The notes under the pieces are model-generated. The model was given only the letters and a program-made list of their open reading frames with translations. It was not told the DNA's origin and did not search any database. Source: a virus. From it: DNA of 64,000 bases. The position numbers and the translations under genes are program-made. Shown here piece by piece: positions 1 to 8,643 of this stretch (its first letter is position 1; every line of letters begins with the position of its first letter). The DNA is taken from positions 32,001 to 96,000 of IMG/VR virus record IMGVR_UViG_3300045988_100778. The stretch is one strand, 5' to 3'.

Positions 1-31
1 TGTGATGTAAGGTATATAACGGAAGAGTAGG

Positions 32-817
32 ATGTTACCTCTATATGTTGACATATCGGAAACAGTTGCGGAATTCGCATTGACACCACAAGAAGCGGAA
101 TTCCTTGGAACACGTCTTGTTGATGATGTGGTAAAGGAATATATGCGAAGATGGAATGCGCTTGTGGATTCTGAACTGCATCAGACACGGGGAATATATC
201 GGTCTGCCATGCAGGTAGACCGGACTTCTGCCACCTCTGTAGAATTCGTGCTGTCTGCAAGGGCAGCAGGGCCGCTTCCTATGATGCTGGAAGAAGGAGC
301 AACACCCTTTGATGAAAAGATAGGGTTCCAGCGTTCGGACAAGGCAAAGATAAAGAAGGACGGTTTAGGATGGTATCTGACAATACCGTTCAGACACGCC
401 ACACCCGGAGCAATAGCGGAATCCGGAATATTTAGCTCTGTTATGCCTAAAGATGTGTACGATATGGCACGTAATGCAGGAGGACAGCCGTTGAAGCTTG
501 CAGACTTGCCGATAAGCCAGCAAGTAAAGGGAAGCCGGAAGGAAATAAATATACCCGGACTGAACGTACCGGAATACATGCACAAGTCGGCAAAATATGA
601 AGGTCTTGTAAGGGTTGAGGCTCGAAGTTCGGACCAGGAAAAGAGAGGTCAGTATATGACATTCAGAAGAGTTAGCGACAAGTCAGACCCTACAAGTTGG
701 TTCAATGGCGGTATAACGGCCAAAAAACTTATGGACAGGGCTTTGGAAGAGGCTCAGATAGAATATGTTGCTGAAATGGCGATAGACGAGGCATTAAAAC
801 GAATTAAAGGACTATGA
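32..817 (+). CDS. hypothetical virion protein (neck/tail-completion region)
   Basis: 261-aa ORF, ATGA-coupled to the next ORF, two genes upstream of the sheath gene; no motif recognised. Confidence 0.45.
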   Translation: MLPLYVDISETVAEFALTPQEAEFLGTRLVDDVVKEYMRRWNALVDSELHQTRGIYRSAMQVDRTSATSVEFVLSARAAGPLPMMLEEGATPFDEKIGFQRSDKAKIKKDGLGWYLTIPFRHATPGAIAESGIFSSVMPKDVYDMARNAGGQPLKLADLPISQQVKGSRKEINIPGLNVPEYMHKSAKYEGLVRVEARSSDQEKRGQYMTFRRVSDKSDPTSWFNGGITAKKLMDRALEEAQIEYVAEMAIDEALKRIKGL

Positions 818-1524
818 TTGAAATTGTGAAAGTAAAGCAGTTTATAGTATCAATATTGAACTATATACCGGAAGATTACAGACTGCACCAGGGAGACGAA
901 CAGAATACCTTCCTATACAGACTTCTTAACGGAATGAAGGAAGGGAATTTTGATTTTTACGACCAGGCGAAGAAATTGTTTTTAAGGGGAATGACAAACC
1001 CCCGTAATTTAAGGGTGTTGTTTGAGTTTCCGAAAGACAATACCGGATTGCCAGCCTATGTAATAAGGGAACCGGGTGCAGACCCAGGAGCAACCAATTC
1101 CATAGGAAAAATGAATGGACAGATATACGATGGCGGTGCATGGCAGATAAGAGACAGCCGTTTCCATAACTTTGAGATAATGTGTCTGTCGGACAACATG
1201 CTGGAAAGTATAATTATGTCGGAAGTTTTGTATGCGTTGATAATGGGTTCCTACAACTGGCTTTCTACCCAATATGATTTGGTAGAGGTGAGGATAACGG
1301 AATTAATGACAAATCAGAACGTACTGCCTATTCCTATATTCATAAAGTCAGTAAGGCTTGACTTGACTTTAGACCAGATTGTAGGTACATTGGTAAATGA
1401 AGAGTTGCTGAATAAGATTGCATTTGAGGATGGAGGGATAGCAGCCGACAAATGGGGTGCGAACAATTACGGACGTGATTATGAGTTACCCGGTGTGGAA
1501 GCAGATATAAATAAAGGGTTGTAA
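814..1524 (+). CDS. hypothetical virion protein (neck/tail-completion region)
   Basis: 236-aa ORF overlapping the previous stop, immediately upstream of the sheath gene; function inferred from position only. Confidence 0.4.
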   Translation: MIEIVKVKQFIVSILNYIPEDYRLHQGDEQNTFLYRLLNGMKEGNFDFYDQAKKLFLRGMTNPRNLRVLFEFPKDNTGLPAYVIREPGADPGATNSIGKMNGQIYDGGAWQIRDSRFHNFEIMCLSDNMLESIIMSEVLYALIMGSYNWLSTQYDLVEVRITELMTNQNVLPIPIFIKSVRLDLTLDQIVGTLVNEELLNKIAFEDGGIAADKWGANNYGRDYELPGVEADINKGL

Positions 1525-1635
1525 CCCTTTGCATTATAGAAAGAAAAACGCTATCTTTATAGCGGCTTATATGAATGTGTGATTTGATAGGGAAATTGCG
1601 CAGAATTCCGTAGACAAATAAAAAAGAAAAATAAT

Positions 1636-3279
1636 ATGGCATCAACGTTTATTTTCAATGGTCGCCAGATTTCCTTACCAGGTGTTTACTCCACTATTGT
1701 AAGTGGGGAAATGAATCCGGCAAGAAATCTCGACTACGGAAAAGTCCTTATTATTGATACCGGAACGTACTCAGCCGGATTTGGCGGCGGTGCAGGTATT
1801 AATGGCGAAAATGCGCAGGGACAAAACGCTATCTATACTTTCGACAATATCGCGGATTTTCGTGCTTTCATGAAGGGAGGTCTTTGGTGGAGGGTTGCCG
1901 AAGCTCTGTTTGCACCAGACCCCTCAAACCCCGACGCAGTAGGAATTTCCGAGCTTGAATTTGTTCGTGCAGCGACAACTACAGGCGCAACAATGACGTT
2001 TGTGACGGCAGCAGGAGGCACGTTTGCGGTAAAAACATTGGACGAAGGTTTGGTAGCCAACGGTTCGTTATTGAACGACGAGTTATTGACAAAAGGTTAC
2101 GGTATGAACTTTATCGCAGGACGCGAAGACGCTACCAAGTGGATTTTGCAGTTCTGGAGAGGTACATATACTGGAAAATACAGCGACGGTTTACCCTACG
2201 GAGACATCACGCAGGAAAACAGCGACCCCGAACTTGTTCTTGAATCACCGGAATTCAGTACCATGCAAGAGCTTGTGGATTGGGCACAGAATGATTCTAA
2301 TTTTGCTTTGGCATTTGTGCTTGATTCAACTACCAATGTAAAAGGAAATGGTGAGATTACCGAAGGGGACATTACAATGGCACTGGACGGTAAGCCTTAT
2401 ATTTTGGCAGCAGGCGGTGCGGAAAGTTTCGACATGGACAACTTCAACGCTGTACTTGACCAGATTGTAGGTTTGGACTACAGTAACGTTATTTTAGACC
2501 AGGTAGGAGGCAACGCCTATTCAGCTACGACAAAAGCATACATTACACACATGAACGGTGCAGCCAAATTCCAGCATTTCCTCTATGTGGCAGGATATGA
2601 CAAGGGAGCGGATTTCTCAAAGGAAATCGATTTGGCGAAAAAGTTTGACAGTTCGTTCGTGCAGCTTGTACACGGTGGAGCTGGCGTAGTGTCCGCATTT
2701 GACGCTCAGAAGATACGGTGGTGGGGAGTTATGTATAACTTGTGCGCCATTGTAGGACGTATTAGCGGCAAGCCGCCTTATGTACCGCCTACATTCAAGT
2801 CTATAGGTGTTGACAGATTGCAACACTCGTTGACTGAATCGGAGCAGAAGAAGGCGTTGAAATATGGTATTCTGACAACTGTATTGAACGATTACACAGG
2901 AAAGTTCAATATCTTGCAGGGTGTGAATACATTGCAGGACAACGCTAACTTGTTCAATGCAAAAGGGCAGTCCTATTCCATTCAGTTTATGCGTATTGTC
3001 GCACAAATCAATAAGGAATTGATTGTAAATGCAACGCTTGACTTGCTGGGACAGGAAAACGGTGTTAACGCCAATACATTGACAGCAGGAGCGGTTAAGG
3101 ACTGGACTGTGGCATACTTGCAGTCAAGAACCGCAACGGACGCACAGGATAATCTGATTTTGTCGTTCAAAGATGTGGCGACAACAAGAAAGGAAGACGC
3201 TTATTTTACCACCTACAAAATTGTGGTAAATAACGAAATCACTAAGTTGTTCTTTACTGGATATTTAATTCGTGGATAA
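1636..3279 (+). CDS. contractile tail sheath protein
   Basis: 547 aa; N-terminus ..ISLPGVYSTIV.. resembles the sheath N-terminal PGVY motif; followed by a tube-sized ORF; assigned by eye. Confidence 0.6.
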   Translation: MASTFIFNGRQISLPGVYSTIVSGEMNPARNLDYGKVLIIDTGTYSAGFGGGAGINGENAQGQNAIYTFDNIADFRAFMKGGLWWRVAEALFAPDPSNPDAVGISELEFVRAATTTGATMTFVTAAGGTFAVKTLDEGLVANGSLLNDELLTKGYGMNFIAGREDATKWILQFWRGTYTGKYSDGLPYGDITQENSDPELVLESPEFSTMQELVDWAQNDSNFALAFVLDSTTNVKGNGEITEGDITMALDGKPYILAAGGAESFDMDNFNAVLDQIVGLDYSNVILDQVGGNAYSATTKAYITHMNGAAKFQHFLYVAGYDKGADFSKEIDLAKKFDSSFVQLVHGGAGVVSAFDAQKIRWWGVMYNLCAIVGRISGKPPYVPPTFKSIGVDRLQHSLTESEQKKALKYGILTTVLNDYTGKFNILQGVNTLQDNANLFNAKGQSYSIQFMRIVAQINKELIVNATLDLLGQENGVNANTLTAGAVKDWTVAYLQSRTATDAQDNLILSFKDVATTRKEDAYFTTYKIVVNNEITKLFFTGYLIRG

Positions 3280-3304
3280 AACAAACCCTAAAAGATAAAA
3301 GATT

Positions 3305-3787
3305 ATGGCAGTTTTTACAGCGCCTAAAGCGTATATTAAAATAGATAATCAAGTAGCCGGGTTTGTTCGTAATCTGCAATTTGCAGAAAACATCACCCGT
3401 GCGAATGTACAAGGGCTTGGCTCACTCCTTAACCAGGAGGTTCCGGCCGTACAGTATCAATGCACATGGACGGTAGACCAATTCTTTATTGACTTCAAAC
3501 AGCCAGTAATGGAAGGCATGATGCACCGTCTTGGTTCCGTCAAGTCTATTGTAGACACCTTGATTTTGGGCGAGCTTGGTTTTGCCATTGCTATTTATAG
3601 CAAGACAATTCAGAGCCAGGATTCGACTACAAAGATGGTGACAGCAGTAGACCCTACCGGACAGACTATGTGTATGTTGAATCCGTGTTTTGTAAATAAT
3701 CAAAATTTTTCATTACAGGAATCCGGGGTTGCTGGTTACAATATCAGCGGGATTTATCTTTACCCTATATCAACTTTGGAACTTTAA
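3305..3787 (+). CDS. tail tube protein
   Basis: 160-aa ORF directly after the sheath gene (canonical sheath-tube order), followed by a terminator. Confidence 0.5.
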   Translation: MAVFTAPKAYIKIDNQVAGFVRNLQFAENITRANVQGLGSLLNQEVPAVQYQCTWTVDQFFIDFKQPVMEGMMHRLGSVKSIVDTLILGELGFAIAIYSKTIQSQDSTTKMVTAVDPTGQTMCMLNPCFVNNQNFSLQESGVAGYNISGIYLYPISTLEL

Positions 3788-3812
3788 TTTTGATTATAAA
3801 CAATTGATAATT

Positions 3813-3847
3813 AGGGAGTTACAATTTAGTAACTCCCTTTTATTTTG
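3813..3847 (+). terminator. rho-independent terminator after the tube gene
   Basis: 10-bp perfect stem AGGGAGTTAC/GTAACTCCCT (3813-3822 / 3829-3838), 6-nt loop, T-rich tail. Confidence 0.7.
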
Positions 3848-3969
3848 GTTATAAATAATTACAAAAGGATTAATTTCAGAATAATAAAATGTTATGTAAT
3901 TTGTAAATTATTTTTATTATAATGAATTATTGGTATTGTGAAATAATGTTAATAAACTAACATTTTATA

Positions 3970-4016
3970 CATAAGCACTTGCGTATCTCATAACATAATA
4001 TTATCTTTGCAATGTG
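3970..4016 (+). promoter_or_regulatory. dispersed promoter/operator element, copy A
   Basis: CATAAGCACTTGCGTATCTCATAACATAATATTATCTTTGCAATGTG; TTG-N20-TAtcTTTG (Bacteroidota -33/-7 type); one of six near-identical copies. Confidence 0.65.
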
Positions 4017-4071
4017 GTTCTGATGAGGGAACCAAAAAATGAAAAGTCAAACAAATAAAAAAGATAAGGTT

Positions 4072-4341
4072 ATGAAATCAAATGTAGAAAGAATGACGGA
4101 AGATTTGAAAAAGGTGTTGTTTTCAAATGTATATAGCTTTGAGATTGAAACGAAAGATATAGTTTTCGGATTTAATAAGGTATTGAAGAAAAGAACTAAA
4201 TCAATGGCAAAGGCTATAGCTTTGGAACAAAAACTGAGAAATGATGTCGGACGTTATTTGTCCAGTACAGTAGTTGTTGCTTCTGTAAGAATGTACAGAA
4301 ACGGAGAGTTAAGAGGTGAATTTAAGGCTAATAATTTTTGA
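4072..4341 (+). CDS. small hypothetical protein (first gene behind promoter copy A)
   Basis: The ORF track starts at ATG 4039. That ATG lies inside the leader conserved in other copies, so ATG 4072 (GATAAGGTTATGAAA context, as in copy F) is the more likely start. Confidence 0.5.
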   Translation: MKSNVERMTEDLKKVLFSNVYSFEIETKDIVFGFNKVLKKRTKSMAKAIALEQKLRNDVGRYLSSTVVVASVRMYRNGELRGEFKANNF

Positions 4342-4368
4342 TTGTCAAACAAATAAAATTTTGAAGTT

Positions 4369-5010
4369 ATGAACGTTTACAGCAAGTTTTGTCCGAATGT
4401 ATTTTTAGCAAAGTGCGAAGAAAAGTATGAAAAGGGAGAAGTTATCGAAGTAACGACCAAGTATGGAAAGGAAAACGAATGTATTGTTTTCAATCTGATA
4501 TACGAAAAGGACGGATTCTATTACTATTCGATAGTACGTGCAGACGGGTTCAATGTCCAGGAATGGGCGAAGCAAAGAGCAGAAAGACGCAGAATGTGGG
4601 CGGCTTCGGCAGAGCAAAAGAGTAATGAGTATTACGAGAAATCCAATAAAGATAGTGATTTCCTCTCATTAGGAGAACCTATCAAGGTCGGACACCACAG
4701 CGAAAGAGGACATAGAAAAATGATTGACGAAGCCTGGAACAATATGGGCAAAAGTGTTGAGTTCAGCGACAAGGCTGTCGAACATGAAAGAGTAGCCAGG
4801 TATTGGGACAAGAAAGCGGAGGTAATTAATCTATCCATGCCGGAAAGTATAGACTATTACGAGCACAAGTTAGAGAAAGCCAAAGAATATCACGAAGGCT
4901 TGAAGTCCGGCAAATATCCACGGGAACACGTCTATTCTTTGACTTATGCGAAGAAGGCGGTTAATGATATGCAAAAGAACTATGATACAGCAAAAAGATT
5001 GTGGGGATAA
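4369..5010 (+). CDS. DUF3560-like protein
   Basis: Central GEPIKVGHHSERGHRK resembles the GQPILVGHHSE.RHR signature of DUF3560; recalled from memory, not searched. Confidence 0.5.
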   Translation: MNVYSKFCPNVFLAKCEEKYEKGEVIEVTTKYGKENECIVFNLIYEKDGFYYYSIVRADGFNVQEWAKQRAERRRMWAASAEQKSNEYYEKSNKDSDFLSLGEPIKVGHHSERGHRKMIDEAWNNMGKSVEFSDKAVEHERVARYWDKKAEVINLSMPESIDYYEHKLEKAKEYHEGLKSGKYPREHVYSLTYAKKAVNDMQKNYDTAKRLWG

Positions 5011-5488
5011 CAGGAGGATTGAAACAGCCATTGAAAGGATTATAGAATATCTTTTCAATTACACCCCCAACCTTAAGAGAACCCGGTCAAAAATAGAACT
5101 TATGGAAAAGTTCTGGGAAAAGACCGGGATTTCCTCTAATAGGGCATTATGGGAATATATGGTGTTTCAAGGGTCAATGATAGAGAACAGCCGATATAAG
5201 GAAATGATGTTTGACCCCTATAATTTGATAGGACCAAAGGCGATAGAGAAATGGAATAAGAGGGGTAAATACCAGGTATTCATAGCCAATAAACGCCAGC
5301 GAGAAAGAGGATGGATAAGCCCGTTTAAGGAGAAGGAAGAGGGTTTATCTGAAAGATACAGGGAGATGTTGAGGAAAAAGTATTGGAACAAGGAGAAGGG
5401 GTTTATACTTTGCAGCCAGTACGGAGGATGGTTATTCGACAAAAACAGATGTAAGGATTGTATATTTTACAAGGCTTGTGAAAAATGA
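4946..5488 (+). CDS. hypothetical protein (start uncertain)
   Basis: 180-aa ORF overlapping the previous gene; candidate starts at 4946, 4964 and 4982; Cys-containing C-terminus CKDCIFYKAC. Confidence 0.4.
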   Translation: MRRRRLMICKRTMIQQKDCGDNRRIETAIERIIEYLFNYTPNLKRTRSKIELMEKFWEKTGISSNRALWEYMVFQGSMIENSRYKEMMFDPYNLIGPKAIEKWNKRGKYQVFIANKRQRERGWISPFKEKEEGLSERYREMLRKKYWNKEKGFILCSQYGGWLFDKNRCKDCIFYKACEK

Positions 5489-5602
5489 CATACTAAAAGT
5501 TTATGTTATCAAATAATATTTGTATATTTGTGCCATGAAAAAGACAGTGGGTAACTATATAGAACTTTGCACTAAAAATTATATAAATAAATAGGAAATT
5601 TA

Positions 5603-5626
5603 AAATATTCTATTTATATTTGTGGT
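5603..5626 (+). promoter_or_regulatory. putative -7 box directly upstream of tnpB
   Basis: TAtaTTTG at 5615-5622, only 4 nt before ATG 5627; a near-duplicate box lies at 5523-5530 before a 19-codon mini-ORF. Confidence 0.35.
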
Positions 5627-6841
5627 ATGTATTTAACGGAACAACATATAATAACAGTTAATGATAAGAGGTACAAGGATTTAGACCGGATTTGTTTCTT
5701 ATCCAAGAACTTGTATAATGCGGCTTTATATATCATAAAGCAAGAATTTCTTGTTTCCGGGAAATGGATAAGGTCTGTAGAACTTAATAAAAAGATGGTT
5801 GCAGAAAACAATGTTGATTTTAGGGCTATGAGCGGTTCCTCTTCCCAGCAAATTTTAATGGCTTTGGATAAGAATTTGAAATCTTATTTTTCAGCCATTA
5901 AAGCATGGAAAAGGGATAACAAGAAATTTACCGGATGCCCTAAATTTCCGAAATACAAACATAAGACAAAAGGAAGAAATGTATTTTCTTATTCTTATGT
6001 GCAATTCAGACATAAAGGAGAATATATTTACTTTCCAAAGAAAGAAGGTCTGAAACCGTTAAAAACGAAATGCAAGGAAGGAACAGTTAAGCAAGTCAGA
6101 TTTGTGCCGAAAGCAGATTGTTATGTAATAGAATTGGTATATGAATCAGAAGTAAAGGAACAGTTACTAAACAACAATAGATATATGTCTATTGATTTGG
6201 GGGTTAACAATCTTGCTTCTATTGTAACGAATACGAGTAACAGGGCTGTTTTGGTAGATGGCAAGAAATTAAAGTCTATCAACCAGTATTATAACAAGAA
6301 AAAATCTAAAGTTCAATCACAATTAAAGAAAACAAATGGAAAGGAAAATTCGAGACGGCTAATGAACCTTACAAGAAAAAGAAACAATAAGGTCAAGGAT
6401 TATTTGCATAAGGCAAGCAAGGAAATTGTAAGCATGTGCTTGAAAGACAACATAACTACATTGATAGTAGGACATAATGACGGATGGAAACAAGAAGTAA
6501 ATATGGGTAAAAGAAACAATCAGAATTTTGTTTCAATTCCGTTTGAAACTTTCATATCAATGTTAAGGTATAAATCTGAAAGACAAGGACTAAGATTTGT
6601 TGAAATAAACGAATCTCACACGTCAAAATGCAGTTCTTTAGATTTAGAAGAGGTAAAACATCATGATAGTTATATTGGAAAGAGAGTAAAAAGAGGTCTT
6701 TTCAGAACAAAGGACGGAATTTTACTCAATGCAGATATAAACGGAGCCTATAATATTATGAGAAAAGTAAAGGGGGATGCAGCAATGCCACCCTATAGAG
6801 GGTTTGGGTATAACCCAGTTAAGAAATTTATTAACAAATAG
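5627..6841 (+). CDS. tnpB: TnpB-like (IS200/IS605 OrfB family) RuvC-fold protein, no tnpA partner
   Basis: SIDLGVNNLAS (RuvC-I Asp), NESHTSKCS and NADINGAYNIMRK (RuvC-III Asp); 404 aa; region looks more AT-rich than its flanks. Confidence 0.8.
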   Translation: MYLTEQHIITVNDKRYKDLDRICFLSKNLYNAALYIIKQEFLVSGKWIRSVELNKKMVAENNVDFRAMSGSSSQQILMALDKNLKSYFSAIKAWKRDNKKFTGCPKFPKYKHKTKGRNVFSYSYVQFRHKGEYIYFPKKEGLKPLKTKCKEGTVKQVRFVPKADCYVIELVYESEVKEQLLNNNRYMSIDLGVNNLASIVTNTSNRAVLVDGKKLKSINQYYNKKKSKVQSQLKKTNGKENSRRLMNLTRKRNNKVKDYLHKASKEIVSMCLKDNITTLIVGHNDGWKQEVNMGKRNNQNFVSIPFETFISMLRYKSERQGLRFVEINESHTSKCSSLDLEEVKHHDSYIGKRVKRGLFRTKDGILLNADINGAYNIMRKVKGDAAMPPYRGFGYNPVKKFINK

Positions 6842-6855
6842 ATACAAGTGTAAAC

Positions 6856-7296
6856 ATGTATATAATTACCAAGACAGTGAAGGAAGAAGTAAGACCGTGT
6901 GTTTCTTGTAAGGAGAACCATTTCATATACGACCGTAACAGATGGTTATGTAAGGAATGCTACGACAATAGAAAGAAATTGAAGTTGAACCGCGCTTCAT
7001 TGAAGGAAGAGGAAAACAGGCTTAACGAAGTGTTTGTTAAGGTATGGGAGGAGAACCCCCACTATTGTTTCCATTGTGGAAAGTGGCTGGGGCTTGAAAT
7101 GAAACCTATTTTCTTCTCCCATATATTGAGTAGGGGCGCGCATCCCGGTTTACGTTGTGACCCGGAAAACATAGTTTTGGCATGTATGGAATGCCATCAG
7201 ATATACGATTTCGGAGACAGAAACAGTCTGAAGAACCAGATACCGGAAGAGAGGATAGAAAAACTTTTGGAGAAAGAGCATGGGAAAAGATATTGA
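6856..7296 (+). CDS. NinG/HNH-like zinc-binding nuclease
   Basis: CVSC..CKEC N-terminal ribbon; HYCFHCG..SHILSRGAHPGLRCDPENIVLACMECH resembles the NinG/HNH pattern. Confidence 0.45.
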   Translation: MYIITKTVKEEVRPCVSCKENHFIYDRNRWLCKECYDNRKKLKLNRASLKEEENRLNEVFVKVWEENPHYCFHCGKWLGLEMKPIFFSHILSRGAHPGLRCDPENIVLACMECHQIYDFGDRNSLKNQIPEERIEKLLEKEHGKRY

Positions 7297-7675
7297 TTTA
7301 CTGATAGGATGCGCAGAAGTGTTTACCGCTATAGGACTGAAAAGGATTTCCAGAATGATAGTGGATTACCTGGAGAACCCTAATAGCGAGAAGGCGGAAA
7401 TATTTCAGAAAGAGGTTGAGGCATGGAAGGAATACGAGGAACGTTCAAAAGGCAGAATGTTTGTGTTCAGTGACGGGGAACACGCCCTTATGAAGTATTT
7501 CATTATATCATATGAAAAAGACTGGTATTCGGACGGGAACCCGGCTATAGTGATAAACAAGCTGGCAGATGAAAGTGCATCATTCAAGGACAACCCTATA
7601 AAGAATTTATGGGTAGTGTATAAGAGTGAGGAAGACCGGGACAGGGATTTTGAAAGATTGTTGATAATAAAATAA
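7280..7675 (+). CDS. hypothetical protein
   Basis: 131-aa same-strand ORF overlapping its neighbour; no motif recognised. Confidence 0.4.
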   Translation: MGKDIDLLIGCAEVFTAIGLKRISRMIVDYLENPNSEKAEIFQKEVEAWKEYEERSKGRMFVFSDGEHALMKYFIISYEKDWYSDGNPAIVINKLADESASFKDNPIKNLWVVYKSEEDRDRDFERLLIIK

Positions 7676-7680
7676 AAGTT

Positions 7681-7947
7681 ATGGGAAAATTTTTAATAGA
7701 AGACGTAAACGCAAAAGGATTGCTTATCTGGATGAATAACAATTTCCGGAAGCAGAACGGGAAACGGTTTACCCGTAATGATGTGCAGGCATATATAATG
7801 AGAGGACATTTGCCCGAATATCTGGGAGGAAACGAGATTGTAGTAACCCCTAAAAAGCATTGCACAATCAAGATGTACAACGTATTGGAAAACGATAACA
7901 ACCCGGTAGTGGAGGAAGAAGAAAATGAATGTATTGGTAGCATGTGA
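7681..7947 (+). CDS. hypothetical protein
   Basis: 88-aa same-strand ORF; no motif recognised. Confidence 0.4.
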   Translation: MGKFLIEDVNAKGLLIWMNNNFRKQNGKRFTRNDVQAYIMRGHLPEYLGGNEIVVTPKKHCTIKMYNVLENDNNPVVEEEENECIGSM

Positions 7948-8632
7948 AGAAAGTCAGAGAGTTTGTGAGGCTTTTAGAAAACGAGGACATAACGCCTTTA
8001 GTTGTGACATTGTAGACTGTAGCGGTGGGCACCCCGAATGGCATTTCAAGCAGGATGTTTTGCAGGTTATTCCCAATTTCGGAGGAAAGCTGCAAAACGG
8101 TGAAGAGTATTATTTGCCGGAAGGCGAAGAATGGGATTTGATGGTTGCACACCCACCTTGTACTTATCTATGTGTGTCCGGTGCTGCATGGTATTATCAC
8201 CCGGAAGATAAGGGGCTGCCGATAGAACAGAGAAGACCACATCCGAAATATCCAAACAGGGCGAAAGACCGAGAAGAAGCCGTTAATTTCTTTATGGAGC
8301 TATATAATTCGGGCGTAAAAAGAATTGCCATAGAGAACCCAGTAGGGATTATGAGTACAAGGTTCAGAAAGGCAGACCAAATCATAGAACCTTGGATGTT
8401 CGGGGATGAAGCAAGCAAGAAGACTTGTTTATGGCTTAAAAATCTGCCTAAACTCACTCCTACAAAGATTGTCGGGAAAGGTGAAGTGGTGGAAGGAAAG
8501 AATGGTTTTAGAATGCAGAAATGGTATTGTGATGCTTACGGACTGCCTAAAGAGGAAAGACAGAAGATAAGAAGCAAGACATTTCCGGGCATTGCGGAAG
8601 CGATAGCGGAACAATGGGGTAGTTTAAAATAA
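7925..8632 (+). CDS. minimal C5-cytosine-methyltransferase-like protein
   Basis: AHPPCTYLCVSG (motif IV-like PC), IAIENPVG (motif VI-like ENV), C-terminal FPGIAEAIAEQW; no clear FxGxG SAM motif and no target-recognition domain. Confidence 0.4.
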   Translation: MNVLVACEESQRVCEAFRKRGHNAFSCDIVDCSGGHPEWHFKQDVLQVIPNFGGKLQNGEEYYLPEGEEWDLMVAHPPCTYLCVSGAAWYYHPEDKGLPIEQRRPHPKYPNRAKDREEAVNFFMELYNSGVKRIAIENPVGIMSTRFRKADQIIEPWMFGDEASKKTCLWLKNLPKLTPTKIVGKGEVVEGKNGFRMQKWYCDAYGLPKEERQKIRSKTFPGIAEAIAEQWGSLK

Positions 8633-8643
8633 ATTTTGGTAAC

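Noticed and set aside
1513-1530. Small hairpin AAAGGG/CCCTTT overlapping the stop codon at 1522-1524
   Set aside because: The stem is only 6 bp with no T tract. It is too weak to call a terminator or attenuator.
4016-4033. CUGAUGAG sequence (hammerhead ribozyme core-like) in a small hairpin GGTTC-N8-GAACC after promoter copy A
   Set aside because: Only one conserved hammerhead box is present. There is no GAAA box, no cleavage-site helix and no three-way junction. The other promoter copies lack it, so it is probably coincidental.
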